A stretch of DNA of 63,041 bases from Paracoccus sp. (in: a-proteobacteria) (GTDB lineage Bacteria > Pseudomonadota > Alphaproteobacteria > Rhodobacterales > Rhodobacteraceae): the NCBI GenBank assembly GCA_030538135.1, contig JAUNUO010000002.1, forward strand, positions 1-63,041, given 5' to 3'. Made by a program: the position numbers and the translations under genes. Under the pieces are notes generated by a model that was given only the letters and a program-made list of their open reading frames with translations, had not been told where the DNA came from and did no database searches. Below, piece after piece: positions 9,939 to 19,509 of this stretch; within the stretch, counting starts at the first letter, position 1; each line of letters opens with the position of its first letter.

Positions 9939-11038
9939 CCCGCAAGCGCCGCATGTTCGACATCGAACTGCCCCAGGGGCAGGAAACGGAAACCTTCCCC
10001 ACGGGGAAGGTCGAGGATGACGAACCTCGCCGTCGCGGCCCGATGGCGGCCGCCATCACCGAATCGGCCGAATCCAACCGCGACCGTGCCCGGATCGAGG
10101 CCGCGATCCGGGCCGAAAACGACGCGCTGGCACAGGAACATGTGCGAATGAAAAAGGCCGGGCTGATCGTGGACATGATCCCGCTGGACGCGATCGACAC
10201 CCACAAGTTGATCCGCGACCGCGCCAAGGGCCCTGATTTCGAGCTGGAGGAACTGGTCGCGTCGATCCGTGAAATCGGCCTGTCGAACCCGATCCGGGTC
10301 GAGCCGGGCGCCGAGGGCCGATACGAATTGATTCAGGGCTGGCGGCGCCTGTCTGCCTACCGCCGCTTGCGGGAAGAAACCGGCGATGCGGATGCCTGGG
10401 GCCACATTCCCGCCGGCATCGCGGCCCGTGGCGATGCGCTTGAAGATCTTTATCGCCGCATGGTGGACGAGAATATAGTCCGCAAGGACATCTCTTTCGC
10501 GGAGATGGCGCAGCTGGCGCTGCATTATGCGATGGACCCGCTGACGCAGGAAAATGACCCTGAAAAGGCCGTCGCGACCCTGTTCAGATCGGCGGGCTAT
10601 CAGAAGCGCAGCTATATCCGCAGTTTTATCCCGCTGGTCGAACGGCTGGGCGAGGTGCTGATGTATCCGCAGGAAATCCCCCGCGCCCTGGGCCTGTCGC
10701 TGGCGCAGCGGTTGCAGGATTTTCCTGGCGTCGTGGCCGCGATCAAGGCCGATCTGAAGGATTGGGATACGCGGTCGATCAAGGATGAACTGGACGTATT
10801 GCGCCGCTATGCGGGGCAGGGGGGCGATGACGATCCCGCGCCCGCTCGTCCGGCGGCAACGCCGCCCGCCACGGGGGCCAGGGCGCGCACCACCTTCCAG
10901 ATCGCCCGCCCGCAGGGCAGCGCCAAATGCACCGCCGCCAACGGCCGTCTGGAAATCCGTTTGCCCCGCGACTTTACTGCCATCGACCGCCGCCGGCTTG
11001 AGGCGGCGGTGGCCTCGCTGCTGGATCAGATCGAGTGA
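9935..11038 (+). CDS. parB: Plasmid partition protein ParB
   Basis: LVASIREIGLSNPIRV, YELIQGWRRL, ENIVRKDIS; ATGA overlap with parA. Confidence 0.92.
   Translation: MTRKRRMFDIELPQGQETETFPTGKVEDDEPRRRGPMAAAITESAESNRDRARIEAAIRAENDALAQEHVRMKKAGLIVDMIPLDAIDTHKLIRDRAKGPDFELEELVASIREIGLSNPIRVEPGAEGRYELIQGWRRLSAYRRLREETGDADAWGHIPAGIAARGDALEDLYRRMVDENIVRKDISFAEMAQLALHYAMDPLTQENDPEKAVATLFRSAGYQKRSYIRSFIPLVERLGEVLMYPQEIPRALGLSLAQRLQDFPGVVAAIKADLKDWDTRSIKDELDVLRRYAGQGGDDDPAPARPAATPPATGARARTTFQIARPQGSAKCTAANGRLEIRLPRDFTAIDRRRLEAAVASLLDQIE
9993..10010. promoter_or_regulatory. parS-like palindrome copy 3 (inside parB)
   Basis: CCTTCCCCACGGGGAAGG. Confidence 0.65.
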
Positions 11039-11060
11039 TCTTCCCCGCGGGGAAGATCAC
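11035..11060. promoter_or_regulatory. parS-like palindrome copy 4 (at the parB stop)
   Basis: Perfect 26-bp palindrome GTGATCTTCCCCGCGGGGAAGATCAC. Confidence 0.7.
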
Positions 11061-11126
11061 CCGGCCGTGATGCGGGTCGAGAATTGGCGGCTTTTATCGA
11101 CATTTCCGACCGCATATGAGATGCCG

Positions 11127-11310
11127 ATGCAGATTGCGAAATTGGGGTAATTCGCTGGCCGTCCGGTTGCCCGCCGCCGACCGGCTCACCCGCGACGCCG
11201 CCCATGCGCGGTGATTTCCTTGACGCCAACGTCCTTCTTTGCCTGCTGGACGACGGCCCCAAAGCCGAGCGGGTCGAGGGCGTGCTGCGGCTGGTCAACC
11301 CCTTTTTGCC
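11127..11310 (+). pseudogene. Internally deleted AbrB/MazE antitoxin plus PIN toxin relic
   Basis: MQIAK/WGNSLAVRLPA..DRLTRDAAHAR* (one frameshift), overlapping MRGDFLDANVLLCLLDDGPKAERVE fused to GVLRLVNPF. Confidence 0.7.
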
Positions 11311-11313
11311 GGA

Positions 11314-12345
11314 TTATCCCAGCAGATCGGTCGCCGGGTTTTCTGCGATTTCCACGTCTGCATAGTATTTCTGCGCCTGTGCCGGGGATCGGTGGAGCGA
11401 GAGCTGCATGGCGGCGGGGAGGGGGGCGCCGTCGAGGGCGGCTTGTGTCAGGAAGCCCGAGCGCAGGCCGTGGGGCGAGGCGAAGTCCGGGGGGAAGCCG
11501 GCCAGCGTCAGGCGGTGGCGCAGGATCTCGCGGATACCGTCGGGGGTCAGGCGGCGGGGCAGAGGGCGGTCGGCGAGGGAGACGGGGCGGAACAGCGGCC
11601 CCTTGTCGATGCCGGCGAGCGCGATCCAGCCCATGACGGCGCGGGCGGCGCGGCCCTTCAGGGGCAGGCGGGGGGCGTTCTCGGCGCCGGTGGTTTTCGT
11701 GGTCAGCAGGCGGATGCGGATCAACCCGGCCTCGAAGTCGGTGGCGTCGATGTCGTCGCGATTCAGCGCCGCGATCTCGGACCGGCGGCGGCCGCCCGAG
11801 GCCCAGCCAAGCATCAGCACGGCGCGATCCCGCGTGCCGCGATGGCTGGCATCGCAGGTTTTCAGCAGCGATTCCAGGATGTCGCGGGTGATCGGGTTAT
11901 CCGATTTCGGTTTTTTCGGCCGGGCGGCGGCGCGGCGGGCGCGGCCACGGGCCTGGGCGATCAGCGGCGCATCGAAGGGGCTGGCGAGGTTCTTCATCCG
12001 GTGGAACGCCCGCCAGGACGCGATGCGGCGGTCGAGCGTCGCCGGCGCCGGGCAGGCAAGGCTGCGGCGCAACCCTTGCGCGATCAGCGCGTCGGCGGCG
12101 TCACGAGCGCGGCCGGTGGCCTCGCTCAGATCGGCGGAATGATCGAGGATGAAGCGCAGAGCAACGGGCTCGGTCTCGGGCCAATCCAGCGGCTGGCCGA
12201 AGGCGGCAAGCTTCCAGGCGGCGATATAGGCAAGGTCGCGTTCCCAGGCCCGCAGCGTGTTGTCCGGCGTGCCGCGACGGTAGAGGTCGGACAGCGCCTC
12301 GGCCTCAAGCGGGGGCAGGGCGGGGAGGGGAAGGGGTTGTGTCAT
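11314..12345 (-). CDS. Tyrosine recombinase (probable plasmid multimer resolvase)
   Basis: RDRAVL..GGRRRSEI, TKT, HGLRSG, SLHRS..QKYY catalytic residues. Confidence 0.9.
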   Translation of the reverse strand: MTQPLPLPALPPLEAEALSDLYRRGTPDNTLRAWERDLAYIAAWKLAAFGQPLDWPETEPVALRFILDHSADLSEATGRARDAADALIAQGLRRSLACPAPATLDRRIASWRAFHRMKNLASPFDAPLIAQARGRARRAAARPKKPKSDNPITRDILESLLKTCDASHRGTRDRAVLMLGWASGGRRRSEIAALNRDDIDATDFEAGLIRIRLLTTKTTGAENAPRLPLKGRAARAVMGWIALAGIDKGPLFRPVSLADRPLPRRLTPDGIREILRHRLTLAGFPPDFASPHGLRSGFLTQAALDGAPLPAAMQLSLHRSPAQAQKYYADVEIAENPATDLLG

Positions 12346-12473
12346 GGGGCAGTCTCCGCCTTATATTCAGTCAGACAGGATCGGAAAAGTGTGGGCCTTG
12401 CTAGATGCCGGGAATCGTTTCCCGGCGATGCGGTCGATCGCACCCCAGTGCGGTTGCGGGACGCAGCATTCTG

Positions 12474-12677
12474 ATGCTGATCCTGCCCTTTGAGGCCGAG
12501 GATGCGCGGATCCGGGGCCGGTTGAGCGACGCGATCGGCCGTGGCGGCGCCGACCTGATGATCGCCGCGACGGCACTGCGCCGTGACGCTGTGGTGGTGA
12601 CGGAAGACACCGCCGATTTCACGGCCGCCGGGGTGAGGCCGGAGGGTCCGTCTGAAACCGGTCCGACAAGGCTTTGA
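12474..12677 (+). pseudogene. VapC/PIN toxin, C-terminal remnant
   Basis: ILPFEAEDAR..DLMIAATALRRDAVVVTEDTADF; the N-terminal DTN motif is absent. Confidence 0.65.
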
Positions 12678-12727
12678 TGCCGGGGCGGACGAGCCCGTTT
12701 TGCGGGATTGAATTCCCGCCGCGATCA

Positions 12728-12745
12728 GACTAAGTTCTATTAGTC
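12728..12745. promoter_or_regulatory. Putative TA operator
   Basis: GACTAA-gttcta-TTAGTC upstream of the antitoxin. Confidence 0.5.
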
Positions 12746-12762
12746 CGGTCATGGAGATCGCT

Positions 12763-13008
12763 ATGAAAACCGTCAATATGCATGAGGCCAAGACCCATCT
12801 GTCGAAGCTGGTCGAGGCCGCCGTGAAAGGTGAGCCTTTCGTGATCGCGCGGGCCGGCAAGCCGTTGGTCAAGGTCATGGTGATCGAGGACGAGCCACCG
12901 CCGCGACTGGGTTTTCTGGCGGGGCAGGACAGCGTGCCGGATGATTTTGACACGATGTTTGCCGAGGAGATCCAGACGTTGTTCGAAGGCAGCGATGGCG
13001 GCGCATGA
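12763..13008 (+). CDS. Phd/YefM family antitoxin
   Basis: MKTVNMHEAKTHLSKLVE..GEPFVIARAGKP. Confidence 0.92.
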   Translation: MKTVNMHEAKTHLSKLVEAAVKGEPFVIARAGKPLVKVMVIEDEPPPRLGFLAGQDSVPDDFDTMFAEEIQTLFEGSDGGA

Positions 13009-13391
13009 ACCTGCTGATCGATACACATCTGCTGCTGTGGGCGGCGTTCGAACCGCAGCGTATCAGCGGTGAAGGTCGCCGTTGGATGGCCGATCCCGCG
13101 AACTCGCTGCATTTCAGCGTGGCGAGCCTGTGGGAGGTGGCGATCAAGCGCGGGCTGGACCGCGCGGATTTCCGCACGGACCCCGGCGTGCTGCGCGCGG
13201 GGTTGCTGTCCTCGGGCTATCGGGAACTTGCGGTCGAGGGACGGCATGTGTTGGGGCTGGCCACATTGCCCGCCCTGCATCGCGATCCTTTTGACCGGCT
13301 TCTGATCGCACAGGCTGCGGCCGAGGGGATGCGGCTGCTGACGGCAGACCATCTGGTCGCGGCCTATGGCGGGCCGGTGCTGAAGGTCTGA
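13005..13391 (+). CDS. vapC: PIN-domain VapC toxin
   Basis: LLIDTHLLLW, SVASLWEVAIK, HRDPFDRLLIAQA, LLTAD. Confidence 0.92.
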   Translation: MNLLIDTHLLLWAAFEPQRISGEGRRWMADPANSLHFSVASLWEVAIKRGLDRADFRTDPGVLRAGLLSSGYRELAVEGRHVLGLATLPALHRDPFDRLLIAQAAAEGMRLLTADHLVAAYGGPVLKV

Positions 13392-13450
13392 GACGGCGGA
13401 GTGTTGTTTATCGGCGAAGCCGCTGCGCGCTGCCTGTCGCATATTTTGTT

Positions 13451-13529
13451 CCGATCATGCCGAACTTTTCGGGATTATTATCCCAAGAATTTCCTCTTTC
13501 TCAACACCCGCGATAATCAGTCCTTATCG
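13451..13529. promoter_or_regulatory. Clustered inverted repeats, candidate recombination (res-like) site or operator
   Basis: GGGAT-tatt-ATCCC at 13471-13484 and CGATAA-N7-TTATCG at 13511-13529. Confidence 0.4.
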
Positions 13530-13591
13530 GGAGTGATGCCTTTGGAAAGCCGATGCTTGAGTGATCCGCAGATGAAATTTATTCTGCGGAT

Positions 13592-14647
13592 ATGATTCCC
13601 TATAACTCTGATTTCACTGATTCTGATCTTGATCCCGCACAGGCGGATCCGTGGCCTCTGCCCGAGAGAGCCGATGACCCGGATCTGCCACCCTTGCCGC
13701 GGACGGAGCAGAGGAGCCTTTTCGATCCGGCGGGCTGGCTGGCGGCGCAGGGTGCGCTGGCCCCGGAACTGGCGGCGGCGGCATTTGCCGTGGGTCGGCT
13801 GGACGAACTCGCAGCGGCGATGGGGCAGGGGATGGCGACCCGGCTGGCGCTGATCGAGGTCGAGGCGATGCTGTGGGCGGCGGGCACGCCGGTGCCGCAG
13901 GAAGATATCGGCCGCGAGCGGATGGCGGCGCGGGCCGGCGCCGATCTGGATGCGATGGCGCTGGCACGGTGGGCGGTGCGGCGGCTGGAAGGGCAGGGGG
14001 GGCTTGCCGACCTGCGCGGCTTCCTTGGACTGCACCGGGCCGAGGCGCCGGGGCTGGATGACGCGCTGACTTTGCGCCCGGCGGGCGAGGGGTTCGATGC
14101 GGCTGCGTCGGAGTTCGGGGCGGCGATGGCGCAGGCCGGGGCGCTGCATCCGATCGCGCGCGGTGCCTATGCCCGGCTGGTCTGGCGGCTGGCCGGGCTC
14201 TCGCCGGTCGAGGATGTGGTCGAGGGCGCGGTCTGGGCGGGCCGCGCGATGGCCGAGCGCTGCGGGGCGCTGTCGTTCCTGCCGATGGGCGCGGCCGGGC
14301 GGCGGGTCTGGACGCGCGGCGGGCCGCCCGAGGTGCGGCTGGCGGCGCATCTGCGGGCGGTGACCGAGGGGGCCGAAGCGGCGCGCCTCTGGCTGATCCG
14401 GTTGCGCGATTGGGCCCTGCGGGCGAAATCGGCGACCGCCCGGATCAAGGGCGACAGCGCCGCCCGGATCATCGAGGCGCTGCTGCGCCACCCGCTGGCG
14501 CTGACCGCCACCATCGAGACCGAGGCCGGAATCAGCCGTGATACCGCCGAACGCCTGCTGGCACGGATGCAGATAATGGGGCTGGTGCGCGAGGTCACGG
14601 GAACAAGACGGTTCAGGATCTGGGGGGCGGAACTATCAGCGCGGTGA
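13592..14647 (+). CDS. Plasmid backbone protein with C-terminal HTH (DUF1612/Fic-like architecture)
   Basis: C-terminal ISRDTAERLL..GLVREVTGTRRFRIW; typical neighbour of plasmid tyrosine recombinases. Confidence 0.6.
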   Translation: MIPYNSDFTDSDLDPAQADPWPLPERADDPDLPPLPRTEQRSLFDPAGWLAAQGALAPELAAAAFAVGRLDELAAAMGQGMATRLALIEVEAMLWAAGTPVPQEDIGRERMAARAGADLDAMALARWAVRRLEGQGGLADLRGFLGLHRAEAPGLDDALTLRPAGEGFDAAASEFGAAMAQAGALHPIARGAYARLVWRLAGLSPVEDVVEGAVWAGRAMAERCGALSFLPMGAAGRRVWTRGGPPEVRLAAHLRAVTEGAEAARLWLIRLRDWALRAKSATARIKGDSAARIIEALLRHPLALTATIETEAGISRDTAERLLARMQIMGLVREVTGTRRFRIWGAELSAR

Positions 14648-14714
14648 ATCGATCCGGCGGGATCGATTCAGCAATAACATTGGACGACGCCGAAGAGGGC
14701 GGCGATGATGTCTC

Positions 14715-14942
14715 ATGGATCTGCACCTGACCCGGATTGACGAGCCCCGCAACATGGCGCGCTATTATGCGCTGGAGGCGACGGGTGATCTGTTCGGCGG
14801 CGCGGTCATGATCCGCAGATGGGGCCGGATCGGCAGCACTGGACGAGACAGGCGGGAATGGTTCGCCGACCCGACAGCCGCGCATCACGAAGCCGAAAGA
14901 TGGCGGCGAGCCAAGGTGCGCCGAGGCTATCAGGAAGGGTGA
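14715..14942 (+). CDS. WGR domain protein
   Basis: RNMARYY..DLFG..RRWGRIG..KVRRGY. Confidence 0.88.
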   Translation: MDLHLTRIDEPRNMARYYALEATGDLFGGAVMIRRWGRIGSTGRDRREWFADPTAAHHEAERWRRAKVRRGYQEG

Positions 14943-15037
14943 TCGACAGCGGAGGGTGATGACAATCGATTATCCCGCGCCTCACTTGCCCTACTTTAGG
15001 ATGATCACGGGCGGCCTGCCGACCGAGGCGACCCTTC

Positions 15038-15239
15038 CCTGCACGCCTGGGAGACCGGGTCGCAGGCCAAGGCCGGTGTCGGCCGATGAATCACCTTCTA
15101 CAATCACCAGCGGCCTCATGCCGCCCATGGCGGACAGCCGCCCGCCGTGGTCTACTTCAACCAGATCGAAACCGGCCAGCAGGGGCAGAGAGTAGCTTAA
15201 ATCATCCCCGAAACTGTCCAGGCGATGGGGAGTAGCTCA
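15038..15239 (+). mobile_element. IS3-family right-end remnant (copy 1)
   Basis: LHAWETGSQAKAGVGR*ITFYNHQRPHAAHGG; IR ..GATGGGGAGTAGCTCA; inverted copy at 21743-21922. Confidence 0.8.
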
Positions 15240-15596
15240 TCGCCGGTGGTCGCGGGACGAGCGGTATCACCTGCCAGGCGGCGCTTCCCTGCCTCCATGA
15301 ACTCCTTCGACCAGGCGTAATACAGGCTCTGAGCAATGCCTTCCTTCCGACACAACTCGGCGATGCTGTCATCACCGCGCAGGCCTTCCAGCACGATCCG
15401 GATCTTGTCCTCGGCCGAGAAGTGGCGGCGGGTCAGACGCCGGATATCCTTGACCACCCGCTCAGCAGGGGACTTGGTCGGCGATTTTGCATTGGAGGCT
15501 TTGGGCTTCATCTTCGTTCCTTCGTCACTACGACGAAGCCCAAAGCCTCCTTAAATCACAACCTCAAATCTGTGCCATGGGTGCTGACGGCGGACA
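15240..15596 (-). mobile_element. IS3-family left end with truncated orfA
   Basis: RRHFSAEDKIRIVLEGLRGDDSIAELCRKEGI; IR TGTCCGCCGTCAG at 15596; interrupted at 15240 by another IS end. Confidence 0.8.
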
Positions 15597-15626
15597 GGCG
15601 AGCTCTTCATTGGGGCTATTCGGTGG

Positions 15627-17204
15627 TTACAGGACCTGACTTAGGGCGTCACGCAGGTGGCGGGTGACGGCGTCCCAGTTGCGTTCGGCGACAACGCGCT
15701 CGCGGGCGCGTTTGCCAAGGGCGCGGCGCACTTCGGGGTTTGTGATGAGATCGACCAATGCATCGGCAAGCGCGTCCGTATTGTTGCACGGGACCACGAT
15801 CCCGGTGTCCTGATGCATCACGATCTCTTTCAGGGCGGACAAGTCGGTCACGACGACGGCTTTCTCCATCGCCATCGCTTCCAGTGGCTTCAGCGGAGAG
15901 ACTAGTTCTGTCACCGGCATGTCCTTGCGGGGCAAGGGGACTATATCGACCAGCGAATACCATTGCTCGACCTCATTGACGGGGACACGGCCCGGCATTA
16001 ACAGTTTGTCGCTGATCCCGCCTTCTACAGCGATTTGGCGGATCTCGTTCGTGATGCGGCCTTCCAGATAGGGCGGTTCCGAACCAATCATCAGCAATCT
16101 GAAATCCTGCCCCTTGCGATGCAATTTCACACAGGCGCGGACAATGTCGTCCAGCCCCTCGTAGAGGTTGAACGAACCAATGTAGCCGATGACCGGAACG
16201 CTGTCACCAATCCCCAGCTTTTGCGCCAGAGTACTGTTCCGGGGGCGAGGCTGGAAAGCTTCGGGGTCGGCGGCATTAGGCAGCAGATAAATTGCGGGGT
16301 TGCCGACGCCCCGACGACGAAGTTCGCCTCGCATAGCATCGGTCAGCGTAAAGACGAGATCTGCCTGTCGGGCAAGTTCGGCCTCCATCTGAACAAGTTT
16401 GTGGAACTGGGGGGTGTCGGCGTTTTGCGGATTAACGGACAGAGAGGACAATTCCCAAAAACCGCGCATGTCGTAGATAAAGGGCACGCCCAGATAGCGC
16501 GCCGCCAGCAATGCAGGCGCGGCGTTTTCGTGGTTCGAGGCGGCCATGATCGCGCGCGGTTGCAGCGGGCCCAGTTTCTCGACCAAGGCACGGGCGGCGT
16601 CGACCGCGTATCGGATATTTCGGAAATTGCGCTTGCCTGGCTGCAGGATGCGGTGATAGCTGACACCGTCTATCACCTGCACGACTGCTTCGGAGGGCAG
16701 GTCAGTATCGCCTGGAAAGCCCAGACGCGTTACGCAATAGGGATCTATCCCTAATTTCTGCATGGCGCGCATAAGGTGATGGGATCGCACCGCATAGCCG
16801 CTACTACTTTCCGGCAGGCTCATATGCAGCACGTAACACAGCGGTCCGCTGCGATCCGAAACAGGGCCTGGTTGCAAAATATCAAGCCGGTAGCGCAGCT
16901 CTTCGGCACAATAATGCGTGTGGATATCTGCCTCATTGCGTGCGGACATCAGCCATTCCGGCAGGGCGGTCTCAGGACGACCAGATGTCAGCGGCAGGCT
17001 AAGATCGCGGATATAGCCAAAATCCTTCCGCGAGGCCGCGCGGTCGTGCCAGATCTGCGCCGTTTGAAGGTCGGAGCCGCGCCGCGCGGCCTCTTGCAGC
17101 AATCTGCGCCGCGATGCGGAACGTCCGGCAATGCTCATCGCCTCAGCCGCGCGAAACAGGATCTCCCCTGACGCATCGTTTCGGACTATAGGCTTTTGGG
17201 TCAT
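15627..17204 (-). CDS. Glycosyltransferase family 4
   Basis: SGYAVRSH, YDMRGFWE, GYIGSFNLYEGL, SPLKPLEAMA. Confidence 0.9.
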   Translation of the reverse strand: MTQKPIVRNDASGEILFRAAEAMSIAGRSASRRRLLQEAARRGSDLQTAQIWHDRAASRKDFGYIRDLSLPLTSGRPETALPEWLMSARNEADIHTHYCAEELRYRLDILQPGPVSDRSGPLCYVLHMSLPESSSGYAVRSHHLMRAMQKLGIDPYCVTRLGFPGDTDLPSEAVVQVIDGVSYHRILQPGKRNFRNIRYAVDAARALVEKLGPLQPRAIMAASNHENAAPALLAARYLGVPFIYDMRGFWELSSLSVNPQNADTPQFHKLVQMEAELARQADLVFTLTDAMRGELRRRGVGNPAIYLLPNAADPEAFQPRPRNSTLAQKLGIGDSVPVIGYIGSFNLYEGLDDIVRACVKLHRKGQDFRLLMIGSEPPYLEGRITNEIRQIAVEGGISDKLLMPGRVPVNEVEQWYSLVDIVPLPRKDMPVTELVSPLKPLEAMAMEKAVVVTDLSALKEIVMHQDTGIVVPCNNTDALADALVDLITNPEVRRALGKRARERVVAERNWDAVTRHLRDALSQVL

Positions 17205-17392
17205 CGATTCTCTCCTGATATGATCCAGCCTTCTTGGCTGGCCCAAGATACGGGTCTTACATGCTCTGATTAGCCATCAACATCAATCGCAGATGGTCAT
17301 AGGGGAGCGGCATAAGGGGATTGCACCATATTCCTGTCGCCTTTTACTATACCAAAAATACAAGCATCTAATTCCAATTGCATAGGTGAATA

Positions 17393-18016
17393 GTGACGAC
17401 CTCTCCTGCTCCATTCATGCCCGAAGCGGAAGCCGCACATCTGAAGCGTGTCTATTCTGATGCCGCCGTGATCCTTGAATACGGTTCGGGCGGATCGACC
17501 GAATTGGGCGCCAGAATGCCCGGCAAATATATCATGAGTGTCGAAAGCGATCGTGAATGGGCCCGCAACCTGCGCGAAAAGCTGAGCGCTCCGGAAGTCG
17601 TGTCGCCCGTGATCGTGCATCACGCCGATGTGGGCAGGACAGGGCCATGGGGCAAGCCCATGGACACACAAGCTTGGCGGCGTTTTCCAAGCTATCCAAA
17701 CGAGGTGTGGGACCAGACGTGGTTTCGCCATCCCGATGTGGTGCTGATCGATGGTCGGTTCCGTACTGCTTGCTTTGCCACCACCCTGATACGGGCGGAA
17801 AAGCCGGTGTTGGTTCTTTTCGACGATTACAGCATTCGGCCACTTTACCATCAGATCGAGGCATTCCTGAAGCCCCGTTCCATGATCGGGCGCATGGCCG
17901 AATTCTGGGTCGAGCCGGGCCAGATCGATCGCCACAAAGCCGGGTTATTGATCAGGCAATTCTTTCAGGGCGCGACCCATGGAGAGGGCGAGGACTTTTA
18001 TCAGGCCGTCCCCTGA
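17393..18016 (+). CDS. SAM-dependent methyltransferase-like protein of a polysaccharide locus
   Basis: ILEYGSGGST, SVESD, DVVLIDGRFR, FDDY. Confidence 0.65.
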   Translation: MTTSPAPFMPEAEAAHLKRVYSDAAVILEYGSGGSTELGARMPGKYIMSVESDREWARNLREKLSAPEVVSPVIVHHADVGRTGPWGKPMDTQAWRRFPSYPNEVWDQTWFRHPDVVLIDGRFRTACFATTLIRAEKPVLVLFDDYSIRPLYHQIEAFLKPRSMIGRMAEFWVEPGQIDRHKAGLLIRQFFQGATHGEGEDFYQAVP

Positions 18017-18127
18017 ATCCGCTGCCGGGATCAGTATGGCCTCTGCGGCACGATAAGCGGTTCACGGAGGGGATGTCTTCGTATAATCTTGCGGCACCGT
18101 CCGAACCATGCCTGACGAAAGACCGAC

Positions 18128-19489
18128 ATGACGACCTCTCGCCATAATAGCCAATCCAGGAAAACGGTGATCACCACGCCCGAGCCCTCCAGCCTGCCTT
18201 CTGTCACCGAGCAGGATCAGCAGAACTTGGCACTTGGACAGGCGGCTTTTTGGCGCCCACGGCATGCGGAAAGCTCGGCTGCACTTGGACAGGTGCCGTT
18301 CCTGTTCTGGCTGACCGAGGTGACAAGCCCGCGGGTGATCGTGCAGATGGGACTGGATGACGGGACCGGTTATCTAGCCCTGTGTCAAACGGCTGAGCGC
18401 CTGAATGGCGGCACGATCTGCCTCGCGCTGGAGAACAAAAAACCTGCTCTTGCGCCGACCTTGCAGGGCGAACATGATGGGTATTATTCAGACTTTTCGC
18501 AGATCATTGGTAAGGAAAAAGCCACAGATACTGTGCCGGAAGGGATCGATCTTCTGGTGATTGGCGCGCCCCTTGAGCGCGACACTGTGGAACTGTTGCG
18601 CAATAATATCCTCCCACGCCTTTCCGAAAGCGCCGTTGTTATTGTGATAAACCCCGATGATGTGCTGGCCGACCAGACGACGCGTCATGTTCTGACGGGC
18701 GATGATCAGCCGCGCATGATCTTGGGACCAGTGGTGGCCGGCGGGGCGGCGGTTGAGGTGATCCTTTACGGTGCGAAACAGCCAGACCGTTTGCGCAGAC
18801 TGGTCGTGCAGCAACCCGGTCACTCGTCTTGGCTGGCAATGCGCCAGGCCTTCAATCGCCTGGGGCAGGGCATCGTGGCCTCGCAGCAGAACCGCGATCT
18901 GTTGCGGGAGAAGGATGACTGGCAGGCCCGTCTGAAACGGGCCGAGGATGCGGCCAAGGCGCTTGCTGTTCAGGTCGAAAAGGCCGAGGCTTCAGAAAAA
19001 ATTCAGCATCATCAGCAGGCCGAAATGGCGGCGCGTGTTCATGATCTTCAGCACGCGGCGTCAGAGGCCGAAACAGCTCGAAGTGCCCTGCAGAACGAGC
19101 GTGACGCCCTCGCCAGACAGGTTGCCGAGCTTGTAGCGGCCCAGGAACAAGCCGAGCGTGAAAAGAAAATCGCCGAACGCGATACCGTGGCGCAACTGGC
19201 TGAAATGCGCCGTGCCGTGGATGAGGCCCGCGCCGAGCATGATACACGGCTCGAGGATATCGTCGCTCTGACTGCCAGCTATGAAAATGGCCGGAAACAG
19301 ATCGAGGAAAAGACCAGGGCGCAGCTGACCGATGCGAATAAACGCGTTGCCGATCTGCAGCGCCAACTGGTCAAAGTATCTGCCCATCGCGATGCGCTTT
19401 TGGACAGCACCTCGTGGAAGATTACTTCACCTTTGCGCAAGATGACCTCGACAGTACGCAAGGTGACGGCGCTTTCGGACGTAAAATAA
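18128..19489 (+). CDS. Degenerate methyltransferase-like N-terminal domain plus long coiled coil
   Basis: FWRPRH..VPFLFWL..PRVIVQMG..GYLALCQ; E/A/Q/R-rich heptads; C-terminal STSWKITSPLR. Confidence 0.65.
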   Translation: MTTSRHNSQSRKTVITTPEPSSLPSVTEQDQQNLALGQAAFWRPRHAESSAALGQVPFLFWLTEVTSPRVIVQMGLDDGTGYLALCQTAERLNGGTICLALENKKPALAPTLQGEHDGYYSDFSQIIGKEKATDTVPEGIDLLVIGAPLERDTVELLRNNILPRLSESAVVIVINPDDVLADQTTRHVLTGDDQPRMILGPVVAGGAAVEVILYGAKQPDRLRRLVVQQPGHSSWLAMRQAFNRLGQGIVASQQNRDLLREKDDWQARLKRAEDAAKALAVQVEKAEASEKIQHHQQAEMAARVHDLQHAASEAETARSALQNERDALARQVAELVAAQEQAEREKKIAERDTVAQLAEMRRAVDEARAEHDTRLEDIVALTASYENGRKQIEEKTRAQLTDANKRVADLQRQLVKVSAHRDALLDSTSWKITSPLRKMTSTVRKVTALSDVK

Positions 19490-19509
19490 GTTTACAAGGA
19501 GCCAGCTCA

